This document shows, piece by piece, positions 1 through 9,478 of a stretch of 64,000 bases of DNA (positions within the stretch are counted from its first letter, which is position 1; each line of letters begins with the position of its first letter). The stretch lies in IMG/VR virus record IMGVR_UViG_2884411467_000001, positions 17,098 to 81,097 of that record. One strand, given 5' to 3'. The notes beneath the pieces were generated by a model. The model worked only from the letters and a program-made list of their open reading frames with translations. It was not told the origin of the DNA and did no database searches. Position numbers and translations under genes: made by a program. This DNA comes from a virus. Lineage: Duplodnaviria > Caudoviricetes.

Positions 1-98
1 AAGAAGGTGTCCAGCAGAAACTTCTGCGAACGCTTCAGGGTCGGCACTACCTGGATCAGGTCGGTGGTGCTGAAGGGAAAAGTACTGGCGGCAGTCAT
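1..98 (-). CDS. Major capsid protein, lambda gpE-like (5' end only)
   Basis: Hand-translated MTAASTFPFSTTDLIQVVPTLKRSQKFLLDTF, GGAGAGG RBS, positioned after the head decoration gene. Confidence 0.8.
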   Translation of the reverse strand, partial: MTAASTFPFSTTDLIQVVPTLKRSQKFLLDTF

Positions 99-136
99 CT
101 AGCCTCTCCGAAGGGGGTCGTCTAACGCCGGCGCAT

Positions 137-164
137 AAAAAAAAGCCCCGCATATGCGGGGCTT
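137..164 (-). terminator. Rho-independent terminator between the decoration and capsid genes
   Basis: AAGCCCCGC-ATAT-GCGGGGCTT stem followed by a T run on the minus strand. Confidence 0.8.
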
Positions 165-188
165 CTCTTGGCCGGAGGACTCAGGTGG

Positions 189-884
189 TTAGGGGGCGCT
201 GTTGTTCGACGGCTGCGCGGCGGATACGGAGCTCTTGGCGAAGATGCCGTAGGGGCGCAGGCCCGCGACAAGAGCCGGCAGCGTCCAGGAAACGTCGAAG
301 GTGAGCGCGGAGGCGTTGAACTCGCCTGCAAGGTAAGCGCCGGTGTTGACAGGGCCACCCGACGCATCCGCGTCGTCAGCGAGGATCGCAACCGGGGTCT
401 GGCTACCGTCGCTGGCCGTCTTCACACACTCGATGTAGATGCCGACGGCATCCGAGACGGTAATGTTGAAGCCATCGCCGGCGACGAAGGCCGTGCCACC
501 CGCGGTGATCGTGAAGTTCACGCCGGTGCTGGTAAATGGCGTACCGACCGTCGCGTTGCCAAGCGAAGTGCCTTCCGGATCGGTGACGGCGAAGACGGTC
601 GCGCTCGTTGCGATAGCGGTATACACGCCAGTCTTCGGCGACGCGCCAACGCTGAGAGTGCCGATCGTGCCGTTGCCGGTATTGCCTGCTGCTGCGGCGG
701 CCTCGATCGGGTTGACGGACTGCTGGCCGAGAACGGTCCCGCGCTTGAGCGTTCCAGCGCCAAGGATGATGGGCTGTGAGACGAGGTTTCGCGCGTCGGC
801 AACGAGCTGATCGGGGGTATAGACCTGCGCGAAGATACCCGGCTGTTGCGGGTTATCGCCGATGAAAGACGGAGTGAGGGCCAT
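189..884 (-). CDS. Head decoration protein (gpD-like)
   Basis: YTPDQLVA, LKRGTVLG and ASDGSQTPVAILADD motifs; lies between scaffold and capsid genes. Confidence 0.85.
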   Translation of the reverse strand: MALTPSFIGDNPQQPGIFAQVYTPDQLVADARNLVSQPIILGAGTLKRGTVLGQQSVNPIEAAAAAGNTGNGTIGTLSVGASPKTGVYTAIATSATVFAVTDPEGTSLGNATVGTPFTSTGVNFTITAGGTAFVAGDGFNITVSDAVGIYIECVKTASDGSQTPVAILADDADASGGPVNTGAYLAGEFNASALTFDVSWTLPALVAGLRPYGIFAKSSVSAAQPSNNSAP

Positions 885-921
885 GATGGTCTCCTGAAGT
901 GGAATGGGGTGTCAGGCGCGC

Positions 922-1596
922 TTACTTGCCGCGCGCCTTTTCGCCAGCGGCAACGATCGCGGCTGCAATTTTGCTCATGCCGGCGGGCGCGGCCGGGGCG
1001 TCATCCGCGCCAGCCTGGGCGACACGAACGGAATCCATCCGCTGATCGAGGCGACCGGAACGCGAACTGGAACCAGCTGCCGTGGTCGTGAGAACCGCGA
1101 CGGCTTCACGACGCGACATGTTCGTGTCGAAGGCGAGCGAAGCGGCTACGTCAGGGCGGACGCCTGCAGCGGCACACGCGAAGATGGCCTTGCAGCGAGC
1201 GCGCTCGCGGCGACGGGCCTTGGCCGAGGCGCTCTTTCCGCGCATTTCCTCATCGTCGTCATCTTCCTCAGCGTCGGCGTCGTCGCCCTCTTCGTCGTCC
1301 TCTTCAGCGCGACGAGCTCGCTTGGCCTTCCGGCCCTTTTTGCCGTCCTTATCTTCCTTCTCTTCCTTGTCGTTGTCCTCTTCGCCGTCATCTTCCTCGG
1401 CACGGCGACCATCTTCGTGATCGTCCTTGTCTTCTTCCGCGCGACGCACGTCCTTCTTGTCGTCGTCCTCTTCATCCTCGGCACGACGTGCACGCTTGCC
1501 CTTACGGGCACCGTCGTCATCCTCGGCGCGGACCAGGCCAAGCAGATGCGCAAAGGGCGCCGCAGCGGCACCCAGGCGGGTCAGGGTCTTGCTCAT
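922..1596 (-). CDS. Acidic low-complexity head protein, probable scaffold
   Basis: Repeated RRAEED/E acidic blocks; lies between the protease and decoration genes. Confidence 0.6.
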   Translation of the reverse strand: MSKTLTRLGAAAAPFAHLLGLVRAEDDDGARKGKRARRAEDEEDDDKKDVRRAEEDKDDHEDGRRAEEDDGEEDNDKEEKEDKDGKKGRKAKRARRAEEDDEEGDDADAEEDDDDEEMRGKSASAKARRRERARCKAIFACAAAGVRPDVAASLAFDTNMSRREAVAVLTTTAAGSSSRSGRLDQRMDSVRVAQAGADDAPAAPAGMSKIAAAIVAAGEKARGK

Positions 1597-1616
1597 GTGT
1601 TTGACTCCAGAGTGGA

Positions 1617-2489
1617 TTAGGCCAGCTCGGCAACGAGCGCCCGAAATGCGGCATCAGGCGCCGCCACAGCATCCGCGAGCCCCTTGGCTACGCCATCGGC
1701 GCCCAGGTAGGTCACGGCTTGGGTATCGCGCACCTTGCTGGCCGCGATATTCCGGTTACGGGCGACTGTCTCAACGAACAGTTCGCCCATGGTGTCGATG
1801 TCCGCCTGGAAGCGCTCAAGCGCCTCCTTCGACAGAGGAATTTCGGGGTGACCATCGGCCTTGCGGTCACCGTAAGTGATGAAGGTGACCTGCACGCCAG
1901 CACTAGTCAGCGCTTTGGACATGTCGACGTGCATGCAGATCACGCCGATCGAGCCGACCCCACCAGTGCGTGGTACCAAGATCTTGTCGGCGGCGCTTGC
2001 CAGGGCGTATGCGGCTGAATACGCGCTCTCGGTGAGGATGCTATGGATCGGCTTGTCGCCGCGAGCGCGGTAGATCTCGTCTACCAGGTCAAAACAGCCT
2101 GCCACCTCGCCGCCCGGTGAATCGATATCCAGCACAATCCCTTCGACAGCATCGTCCGACATCGCTGCTGTGAAGGCCTGACGAATCCCGTCGTAACCCG
2201 TCATTCCCGACCACGGACGAAGGGTTCCGCACTTCTGCACCAGCGTGCCCTGTATCGGAATCACCGCGACCGGGCCGACCATGTCGTAACCACGATCGCG
2301 GCGGTCGTAGTCGAAGCTATCGTCATCGTCGAAAGCGAACGCCTGCGGCTGGAGCGTTCGGCCATCAGCGCCAAACATCTGCGTCACGCCGAGGCGTTCA
2401 GCGAGCGCCGCCATGATCACCTCGGCCTTATCGCGATGGATCGCGAGCGGGCGATTGAAAAGGCGCTGCGCCAAGTGCGCGAACTGCAT
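1617..2489 (-). CDS. S49 family prohead protease (gpC-like)
   Basis: LDIDSPGGEV, AYSAAYALAS and GSIGV S49 motifs. Confidence 0.92.
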   Translation of the reverse strand: MQFAHLAQRLFNRPLAIHRDKAEVIMAALAERLGVTQMFGADGRTLQPQAFAFDDDDSFDYDRRDRGYDMVGPVAVIPIQGTLVQKCGTLRPWSGMTGYDGIRQAFTAAMSDDAVEGIVLDIDSPGGEVAGCFDLVDEIYRARGDKPIHSILTESAYSAAYALASAADKILVPRTGGVGSIGVICMHVDMSKALTSAGVQVTFITYGDRKADGHPEIPLSKEALERFQADIDTMGELFVETVARNRNIAASKVRDTQAVTYLGADGVAKGLADAVAAPDAAFRALVAELA

Positions 2490-4144
2490 CAGGTAGCCTC
2501 CGGTTTCTTCGCTACTTCGCTTGCCGGCGTATAGCCAGGAACCTGCATGCCGGCCCAGGTTGGTACCGGGATGCCGAGTTCAGTGAACTTCTCGATCTCG
2601 CGCTGCCGCTGATCCAATACCTCTTCCCAGTCGAGACCTTGCTCCATGCATTCGATCTGGAGCGTGGAGAGGCCTGCGTCCATTCCCAGCACGGATCCCT
2701 GCTTCTCAGCCACCGGATCGATCCACCCGCGCGCCGGCCCCATCCACTCCGCGCGGCTATACATGCCGCGACATTCAGCGAACGACGGCGCGCCAGATGG
2801 CATCGGGTAGTCGTCGATATCCATGGACTCCTCGAGCCAGCAGCCGACAACGGGCTGGGCGAAGCCATGGCTGAAGTCGAACTGCCGACGCTTCAGCGTC
2901 TTGAATGCCTCCAGCAACGCGCCGCGCGCGGAGCTGTAGTTCGTATCCGACCAGTCATGACTCATCTGCTGGGCAGATAGGCCCGTCGCAGCAGCGAAAT
3001 TGCGCAGGAACGTCTTTTCGAACTGCGCGAAATTCGTGTTCGGTCGCTCCGCCTTGACCGTATTGATCTTTTCACCCGGGAACAGGATCGGGACCTTTAC
3101 CTCGCCAAGCATCGTCCGGCGATCATTGTGATAAGCGCTGCGCTCGTCCTGGTACTTGGAGAAGTCCGTGCTATCCCCCACGGCTTGCTCAAGGAGCTGC
3201 GGGTCAAACGGGCTTTCGAGGTATGCGCCAAACATCGAGTTGATGACCGCGGCATCGAGCTCGACAGAATCCATCTTCGCCAGCATCTTCATGCGCTGAA
3301 GAATGGGCGTGAATATGCCGGCGCCGCCGCGATGCTGAGACGCACGGTCGTGATCAAAGTCGTGGACGATGATCGGCCGGCCCCAATCGGTCTCGCGCGG
3401 GATCAGGTCCCAGCGGACGCTATCGGCAGCCGCCCACCAGTCACCCTGGTGCGCGCGTCGAATCCAGTAGCCGGTCGCCGCACCGTAGCGGTCAACTTCC
3501 ACACCGCCGCGCGACGACTCCTGGTCAAAGCGCTGCTGCGGATTGGAGAGGCGATCTGGGTCGATCAGCTGAATGCCAGTCGCATAGCGAGCGCGGCCAA
3601 GGCCAATCCGGTCCGGTAGCCAAACCATCTGAGCGAGCGCATCACCATCGATCAACTTGTGCCGGAACGCCAACCGCATGATCTGCGGGATCGTCAGTGA
3701 CCGTTGTGCGTCGCAATACTTGTTCGAATCGAAAGCCCAACTGCGGTAGTTTGCTTCAGCAACCCGACCGAATTCGTGGGCCCACGATGCATCGAAAGCC
3801 TTGTTGCCGGTGTACGCGGCCAGCGCGCGGTAGTCCGGCCGAAATAAGGGCCGAAAGTGCCCGCCGATGGCGTTGTCGAGAATGCGGGTGACAGCGCCCG
3901 ATGCCCAACCATCATTTCGGACCAGGTCGCGCACGCGCGCGACGATCCGGTCCCGGTACATGTTGAGCTCGCCGTCCGGCGAGTACAGATACGGACGCCA
4001 GGCCGCAACGTGTTGACCGGAGATGTCCGCTGCGTCATAGGGTGCATTTCCGCCCGGCGCGAGCATCCGCGCGCGATTGGGCAGTAATGGATTCCCTCGG
4101 GCATCGAGGATCGTCGGCCCGTTGTCTGAGCGGCCTGCGCTCAT
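2489..4144 (-). CDS. Lambda-family portal protein
   Basis: RVRDLVRNDGWA, NYSSARGALLE and GWIDPVAE motifs; 551 aa. Confidence 0.93.
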   Translation of the reverse strand: MSAGRSDNGPTILDARGNPLLPNRARMLAPGGNAPYDAADISGQHVAAWRPYLYSPDGELNMYRDRIVARVRDLVRNDGWASGAVTRILDNAIGGHFRPLFRPDYRALAAYTGNKAFDASWAHEFGRVAEANYRSWAFDSNKYCDAQRSLTIPQIMRLAFRHKLIDGDALAQMVWLPDRIGLGRARYATGIQLIDPDRLSNPQQRFDQESSRGGVEVDRYGAATGYWIRRAHQGDWWAAADSVRWDLIPRETDWGRPIIVHDFDHDRASQHRGGAGIFTPILQRMKMLAKMDSVELDAAVINSMFGAYLESPFDPQLLEQAVGDSTDFSKYQDERSAYHNDRRTMLGEVKVPILFPGEKINTVKAERPNTNFAQFEKTFLRNFAAATGLSAQQMSHDWSDTNYSSARGALLEAFKTLKRRQFDFSHGFAQPVVGCWLEESMDIDDYPMPSGAPSFAECRGMYSRAEWMGPARGWIDPVAEKQGSVLGMDAGLSTLQIECMEQGLDWEEVLDQRQREIEKFTELGIPVPTWAGMQVPGYTPASEVAKKPEAT

Positions 4145-4416
4145 CGGAATACAGGACGCATCGGGTTACGAGGACGCGCCACAATCCCAAGCTGGGCCTG
4201 AAGCAGCTGGATTACTGCCGCCAGCTGGGCCAGGTTCGCGCGGGTATAGGTGACAGACTTCGTGCCGTCGCCCTGGGTATAGCTATAGCTCTCGCCCTTC
4301 GCACCGGTGGAAAGGTCGATGTATGCCTGCTGCGCGGCAGCCAGAGATGCCTGAAGCTGCGCAGTCGGCATTCCAGCCAGCAAGCTGGTTGCCGGGTTGA
4401 ACGGGATACAGCGCAT
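4141..4416 (-). CDS. gpW-like head-tail joining protein
   Basis: YSYTQGDGTKSVTYTRANL; lies between terminase and portal. Confidence 0.85.
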   Translation of the reverse strand: MRCIPFNPATSLLAGMPTAQLQASLAAAQQAYIDLSTGAKGESYSYTQGDGTKSVTYTRANLAQLAAVIQLLQAQLGIVARPRNPMRPVFR

Positions 4417-4431
4417 GCAATGGCCTCCGGC

Positions 4432-6561
4432 TCAGGCGAGCCTGGATGTGATCGATTTCTTGCCGGGTTCGGCCCGGGTGACGCTTGGCCCCTTGGCCGG
4501 TTTGGCTGCGGGAGGCGCTGTTGAGGCGGGTGAATCGGCCTCTTGAGTTGCTTGCTCGGCCACGATCGAGAGCGCTGCCGCAATGTCTTCCGCACGGCGG
4601 TTGAGCTTCAGCCCAAAGTGCAACAAGCCGCACAGAGCCGCATATCCGTAGACGCGGCAATCGAGCGCTTCATTGGCCCGGCCAGGTCGCAACTCCCATA
4701 CGCGGTAGCGCTGTCCGGCCTTCACCACCAACACAGATCGCTCAGCCGTGAGCTGCCCGAAGTAATTCAGATCGCGATCCGTCGGGAAGTGCATGTATCC
4801 CGGACCGACGGCGTCCTTCGCCAACCGGCTGGTGATGGTGTCTTTGGCTGCATTCACGCCAATGATCACCGGCCGATAGGCCTTCTTGTTCCTGTTCGAT
4901 GGCCTCGCGGTCGGCCATACCGGCGAGCGGCGACCGCTCCGTGCCGATTCGCCTTTCACCGCCCAGATACGTCGGCCGATCCGGGCCTTACAGAAGTCGT
5001 ATACGGATTGCGTGTGGTGGCCGCCAGAGTCAACGCAAGCAGCCATTACCTCGAACCCCCGCCCGTCACCGCGCATCCACCGGCGCTGCAGATACATGTC
5101 GAGCTGAACTTGAACCTTAGGGTCAGAGAACTCACCGTCGATCACGTGATAGGCGATCGACCACGACTCTTCGTTGCGGCCCCAGCCGATTACCTCGAGC
5201 TCGACGCGGTAGTCCTGGACATCGACGCCGACCGTTATGACCGCAACGCCATCGGGTACGTCTGCGCCCCACACCTCGCAGCGTCCGGCCAACGCTTCGA
5301 GCTGGATTTCTTTCCCGGAGTGTCGGCGATAAGGCAAGCCAAGCTGCGTATTCCAGAAGGCCTGCTTTTTGTCCTCGTCGTCCTTCGCCGCGAGCCACTT
5401 GCGCGCGATGTCTGCCGGCTTGTCCTTCGACCAGGGGCTGTACAGCTTGCTGACCTGGAAGCCAGCGTGATCGTTTTCGACCGCCATGCGCCCGCAATCG
5501 GGACATAGGGCTCGATAGACTTCGAAGCGGTCACTGGCCCACCAGGCCCAGACTCGATCTATCGCCCCCTCATAGCTTGCCTTCCACGCTTCCTCGTAGG
5601 CCTCCAGAGGCACGTGCCGCTGGCCACAGCAGGTGAATGGCCGCGTCTGGTGAAACCGAACTGTGGCGAGTGACCGTAATCTCTCGCCCTCCGACCACAT
5701 GCATGCGCAGTGCTCGCAGAAGATGCGCGCACTTTTGGTTTGATGCTGGCCGCCGTCTTTGTCCCATTCGACGTGCTTGAAGAAGTCGAGAAACTGCCGG
5801 TGTCCACAGTGCGGACAGCAGACCGAGGCCCGGCGCTGGTCGGACTCTGCATAGCTGTCAGCGATACGGCTCTCGTCTTCGACGGTCGGTGAGCACGCGC
5901 GTACCGAAAGCCAGTTCGCACCGAAGCTTGCGGTGCGCTCTTCGGCGAGAGCGATCGGATCGCCCTCGCGAGTGATTGGGTACTTGTCGACCTCGTCCGC
6001 CAGCAACACGCGGATCGGACGGCGTGCCAAGTTGTCGGGGCTGCCTGCGCCAGCAAGGGCGAGGAAGCCACCAGGGAACGCCTTGTACAGCAGCGTCTCA
6101 TCCGAGGACCGCGTTCGGCCGGAGCCGATCAACTCGCGGAGCACTGGGGTGACACGCAGAAGCGGCGTTATCCGCTCCTTTGAAAACTGCTCTGCCGCAT
6201 CCTCTTTGGGCTGAAGCAATAACATCGGGCACGGGTCCAGGTGCGCGAAGTACCCGAACACGTTCTCCAGCAGCGCCGTCTTCAGCAGCTGCGTGCTCAC
6301 CATCACGGTGATGACGTGCACGCCAGGCTCAGTGACCGCGAGCATAGGCCCGCGCGCGACCTCCACTGTCGAGGTAGACCACTGCCCGGATGTGCTACCA
6401 GCCTCTTTAGCTAGCTTGCGGTACCGGTCTGCCCAGGCAGGAACGCTGATGCGAGGCGGCGGCGTCCAACCGCGTCGCCAGGCCAGCCCAAGCCGATACT
6501 CACTGGTCGGCGTCGAAATGGACGTCGGGCTCGCCGAGCTGGCCGATGTGCTTATGGACAT
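4432..6561 (-). CDS. Terminase large subunit, GpA family
   Basis: STQLLKT Walker A variant, LLADEVDKY, GVDVQD and NEALDCRVY motifs. Confidence 0.95.
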   Translation of the reverse strand: MSISTSASSASPTSISTPTSEYRLGLAWRRGWTPPPRISVPAWADRYRKLAKEAGSTSGQWSTSTVEVARGPMLAVTEPGVHVITVMVSTQLLKTALLENVFGYFAHLDPCPMLLLQPKEDAAEQFSKERITPLLRVTPVLRELIGSGRTRSSDETLLYKAFPGGFLALAGAGSPDNLARRPIRVLLADEVDKYPITREGDPIALAEERTASFGANWLSVRACSPTVEDESRIADSYAESDQRRASVCCPHCGHRQFLDFFKHVEWDKDGGQHQTKSARIFCEHCACMWSEGERLRSLATVRFHQTRPFTCCGQRHVPLEAYEEAWKASYEGAIDRVWAWWASDRFEVYRALCPDCGRMAVENDHAGFQVSKLYSPWSKDKPADIARKWLAAKDDEDKKQAFWNTQLGLPYRRHSGKEIQLEALAGRCEVWGADVPDGVAVITVGVDVQDYRVELEVIGWGRNEESWSIAYHVIDGEFSDPKVQVQLDMYLQRRWMRGDGRGFEVMAACVDSGGHHTQSVYDFCKARIGRRIWAVKGESARSGRRSPVWPTARPSNRNKKAYRPVIIGVNAAKDTITSRLAKDAVGPGYMHFPTDRDLNYFGQLTAERSVLVVKAGQRYRVWELRPGRANEALDCRVYGYAALCGLLHFGLKLNRRAEDIAAALSIVAEQATQEADSPASTAPPAAKPAKGPSVTRAEPGKKSITSRLA

Positions 6562-7114
6562 GCTGAGTGAGCGCCTCGGTTACCAAGTCGGCTTCCAGCC
6601 CGAGGTCTGCCGCAATCAGGGGGCCGACGCGCGCCGGCCAGTTGAGCCATGCATCCCGCGCGGCTCGTGCGCCCTCAAACAGAGCGCGCTCAGCCAGCTC
6701 GAGCGAAACCAGGGCTCCCGACTTCTCCTCGTATTCAAGTTTCCGGAGCAACGCGAGGTAGTTCTCTTTGCGCTCCAGCGCCTGCCCGTACGGCAGCATG
6801 TCGACCACACCCGAATCGAGTAGTCGGTCGGCCCTCTCTTCCAATGACTCCTCATTGGCACGCGAGGCTGAGTCACTCGGAGCGGCGGCAGGTGCGAACA
6901 CCTGTTCGCGCCTGTTCGCAGTGGTGTTCGCACCCGGTGCAGAGGGTTTTGCGCCGACCGCGTTGCCTTCGCGCCAGGCCGATCCGACGAGCGATGGATC
7001 GATGCTCTTGTCTTCGGAAAGCCTTAACCGGCCTTGCTTTACAGCCCGTCGGACAAGCGTGTCCGACACACCTTCTCGGCGCGCGAACTCGCGAATGGAA
7101 ATGCCATTGTTCAT
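6500..7114 (-). CDS. Terminase small subunit (Nu1-like)
   Basis: N-terminal HTH (SIREFARREGVSDTLVRRAVKQGRL); overlaps terL. Confidence 0.85.
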   Translation of the reverse strand: MNNGISIREFARREGVSDTLVRRAVKQGRLRLSEDKSIDPSLVGSAWREGNAVGAKPSAPGANTTANRREQVFAPAAAPSDSASRANEESLEERADRLLDSGVVDMLPYGQALERKENYLALLRKLEYEEKSGALVSLELAERALFEGARAARDAWLNWPARVGPLIAADLGLEADLVTEALTQHVHKHIGQLGEPDVHFDADQ

Positions 7115-7149
7115 TTTATGGAACGATCACTGCGAACATGGTGCGAACA
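6893..7149. repeat. TGCGAACA repeats in both orientations, putative terminase-binding (cosB-like) sites
   Basis: Exact copies at 6893, 6913, 6925, 7131 and 7142, plus a one-mismatch copy at 6903. Confidence 0.55.
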
Positions 7150-7183
7150 CCTTTCGGACCCCATAGCTGGTGAATCATCGCGG

Positions 7184-7223
7184 CGCGCAATGCCCACGTT
7201 GCAGGAAGGCTCAGGAGGGACCC
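7184..7223 (-). promoter_or_regulatory. Putative lambda-type cos (cosQ-like GGGTCCC plus cosN-like GGGCATTGCGCG)
   Basis: Minus strand reads GGGTCCC-21 nt-GGGCATTGCGCG-CCGCG, resembling lambda GGGTCCT-23 nt-GGGCGGCGACCT-CGCG; lies directly upstream of terS. Confidence 0.55.
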
Positions 7224-7272
7224 AAGAGGGGTGGGGGGGTGTCACCATGCAGGCCATGATGGTGACCCCTTC

Positions 7273-7899
7273 CTACTCGCGCGCAGTCGCCATCGCCTTT
7301 GCCATGGCTGCACCGAAGACCGCGTTGAACCTGCGGTCAATGATCATCTGCGCATGGCTTCGATAGTTCAGCCGCTTCGGTACCGGCAACGCGTCACCGA
7401 ATCGAATGAGAAGCTTGAGCGAGGCCTTCTTGCCACGCTTCGCAGGTATGCGTTGCCACACACCGTTGACGTCGCCGTGCGCAGTCTTCACAGGACCAAT
7501 GAACACGTCGCTGCGCGCCTTTAGGCGCTGCAGCGTGGAGCGAGTCAGCTGGCCGTACTGATCGAGCCTGATGTTCTTGGGGTTGAGCAACGCCCTGCCC
7601 GGCAGCTCGTGCTGGCCACCCGTTTCATAGGGAAGCAGATACTTCTGGGCGATCGGCTTGACATAGACCTTGGCGACCAAGCTGTCCTTGCGGGCACCGT
7701 GAACGCCAATCGATTTCACAGTGAAGGGCTTGGGCTTCTTGAAGGTAGCGGCAATGTTGGCCGACTCAGTGATCGCGACTTCCTTCGCCAGCATGGTCAG
7801 AGCCGTCGCCGTAGCGAAGCCGATCTGCTTATAGGCCAGCGCAGACAGGCTCTTAGTAACGGCCTTGACGTTTGCCTTTACGGAAATCTCGATAGGCAA
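7273..7899 (-). CDS. Conserved phage protein (basic, neck/tail-completion-like)
   Basis: 208 aa ORF between the lysis cassette and cos; function inferred from position only. Confidence 0.6.
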   Translation of the reverse strand: MPIEISVKANVKAVTKSLSALAYKQIGFATATALTMLAKEVAITESANIAATFKKPKPFTVKSIGVHGARKDSLVAKVYVKPIAQKYLLPYETGGQHELPGRALLNPKNIRLDQYGQLTRSTLQRLKARSDVFIGPVKTAHGDVNGVWQRIPAKRGKKASLKLLIRFGDALPVPKRLNYRSHAQMIIDRRFNAVFGAAMAKAMATARE

Positions 7900-8033
7900 T
7901 GGGACAGCCTATCGCCGCTTTGACCGCCGCCATCGCTTGATGTCGGCGATACCATCGGCCGCGAGCATGGCGACCACGCCCGTGGCCGCCAATGCAGACA
8001 ACACGGCGAAGAAAGTCTGCACCGCGTCCACGG

Positions 8034-8333
8034 TTACGCAGTAGGTGCAGCGGCCGGGGCTGCCTTCTTGAACAGTCCCGAAGTGTTGAAGATTGCGACC
8101 GCGGCATTGATGAGCGGAGTCAGGACACCACTCAGATTGGTCAGGGTTGCCACGTCCGCGCCAGCGGCAGTCAGAAAGGCATTCACCTTCTGCTCGGCTG
8201 CCTGCAGCTTGGCGCTACCAGTGATACCAGGCGCATTGGCCAGCGAGGATTCGACACTCTGCACCGCCTGATCGATCAGCGTGAACAGGTTGGGCACAAG
8301 CGACAGCAGGGTGATGACGGACGAGAGGCTCAT
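8034..8333 (-). CDS. Hypothetical phage protein
   Basis: Probable start at MSLSSVITLL; Ala-rich 99 aa. Confidence 0.6.
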   Translation of the reverse strand: MSLSSVITLLSLVPNLFTLIDQAVQSVESSLANAPGITGSAKLQAAEQKVNAFLTAAGADVATLTNLSGVLTPLINAAVAIFNTSGLFKKAAPAAAPTA

Positions 8334-8352
8334 GGATTGCTCCGGTTGACGT

Positions 8353-8703
8353 TCAAAGGATGGCGCCTCGGCGACGCAGGTCGTCGAGGCAGGCAGCGGT
8401 TCCGCGATGCTTGATGGCGTTGCGCTGGAAGACACCAGCGGCACCGATAGCCCAGATTCGCTGGTCGCTGATGTATTGCTTGGCGATGCGGAGCTCGGCG
8501 ATGGCAGCTCCGTAGTCAGGGGGATCGAGGTCGAAACCGAGCCCGACAGGCGCGTTCGGATAGAGTCCCAAAGGCTCGAAAGGCTCATGTTCACCGCAAC
8601 TCACTATTGGCTTGGGCAATGGCGGCGTTGACGTCGTCGGATTGCTTGCGCAGCCCGGAAGGGCCAACAGCATCAGCGCGAGCGGTATCAGTGGCCTTTT
8701 CAT
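8353..8703 (-). CDS. Outer-membrane spanin (Rz1-like lipoprotein)
   Basis: Lipobox LALPGC, Pro-rich segment, overlaps the upstream i-spanin. Confidence 0.75.
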   Translation of the reverse strand: MKRPLIPLALMLLALPGCASNPTTSTPPLPKPIVSCGEHEPFEPLGLYPNAPVGLGFDLDPPDYGAAIAELRIAKQYISDQRIWAIGAAGVFQRNAIKHRGTAACLDDLRRRGAIL

Positions 8704-8884
8704 TTGCTTCCCTCGCCTGCTCCACCTGCTGGGAAACGGTGTCGCGAATGACTCCGCTCGCCGCTTCGGCAGTCGCTTGGTTGTTGGATGCCTTTACCGC
8801 GTCAGCAGCTTGTTTCCGCTTGAAGAGGAAGCCGGTCAGCGCGCTAAGCAACCCGCCTAACAGATCCGCGAGAAGTTCCAACAT
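8591..8884 (-). CDS. Inner-membrane spanin (Rz-like)
   Basis: N-terminal TM segment followed by an Ala/Gln-rich coiled coil. Confidence 0.7.
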   Translation of the reverse strand: MLELLADLLGGLLSALTGFLFKRKQAADAVKASNNQATAEAASGVIRDTVSQQVEQAREANEKATDTARADAVGPSGLRKQSDDVNAAIAQANSELR

Positions 8885-9143
8885 GTCGAAGCCCCAGTGG
8901 ATTACGGCCTACGAAGAGCAAAAGCGCATAGATGGCGAAACCGGCGTGCAGCAGCAGTGCCCACCACTGGACCGGGAAGCCCTCAGCGTTGTGGCCGATC
9001 CACCCAAAGGAACCTGTGGTCACCAACCCGAAGGCTACGGACCTGATCGGGTGATGGAATGGGTTGAGCTGACGCAGAGCATCGCCAGCGCATAGCAGGA
9101 TCACCGCCAGCAATACGATGTCCAGCACGCTCAGGTAATTCAT
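8844..9143 (-). CDS. Three-TM membrane protein of the lysis cassette (second holin or antiholin candidate)
   Basis: Three hydrophobic segments; coupled to the holin gene. Confidence 0.55.
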   Translation of the reverse strand: MNYLSVLDIVLLAVILLCAGDALRQLNPFHHPIRSVAFGLVTTGSFGWIGHNAEGFPVQWWALLLHAGFAIYALLLFVGRNPLGLRHVGTSRGSVRRVA

Positions 9144-9478
9144 TTCGCACTCCCATCCCCCTGTGTGGGTTGGGTGGATGCGTCGCCGAGCTGTTCATCG
9201 GCACGACGGCTCACGGCCTTCTTTATGGCCGGGATGATGGACATGGCGCAGAGACCGATAACAAAGGCCGCGCCATTGTTGAGTTCGGGTCCAAGATTGA
9301 AATGCTCCAGAATCGCCGGCGTGAGATAGGCCGCTGTGAGCGTGCCCACTACCACTGCGCCGATAGCCTGGGTGCGATTCAAGTTCTGGATGAAAGCCAG
9401 CGAGACGACGCCGCCAGCAAACCCTGCAATCGTGGTGCTGAGCTTGATACCCAGGGTGGCGCTCACCGGCTCAGTCAT
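9140..9478 (-). CDS. Holin
   Basis: IAGFAGGVVSL, about three TM segments and a charged C-tail; adjacent to the endolysin. Confidence 0.75.
   Translation of the reverse strand: MTEPVSATLGIKLSTTIAGFAGGVVSLAFIQNLNRTQAIGAVVVGTLTAAYLTPAILEHFNLGPELNNGAAFVIGLCAMSIIPAIKKAVSRRADEQLGDASTQPTQGDGSAK

Noticed and set aside
1150-1500. RRAEED repeats as a novel repeat system
   Set aside because: They are low-complexity coding sequence of the scaffold-like head protein.
168-6300. Long plus-strand ORFs opposite the head genes (168-779, 904-1620, 4543-5508 and others)
   Set aside because: Shadow ORFs typical of high-GC DNA; the minus strand carries recognisable proteins.
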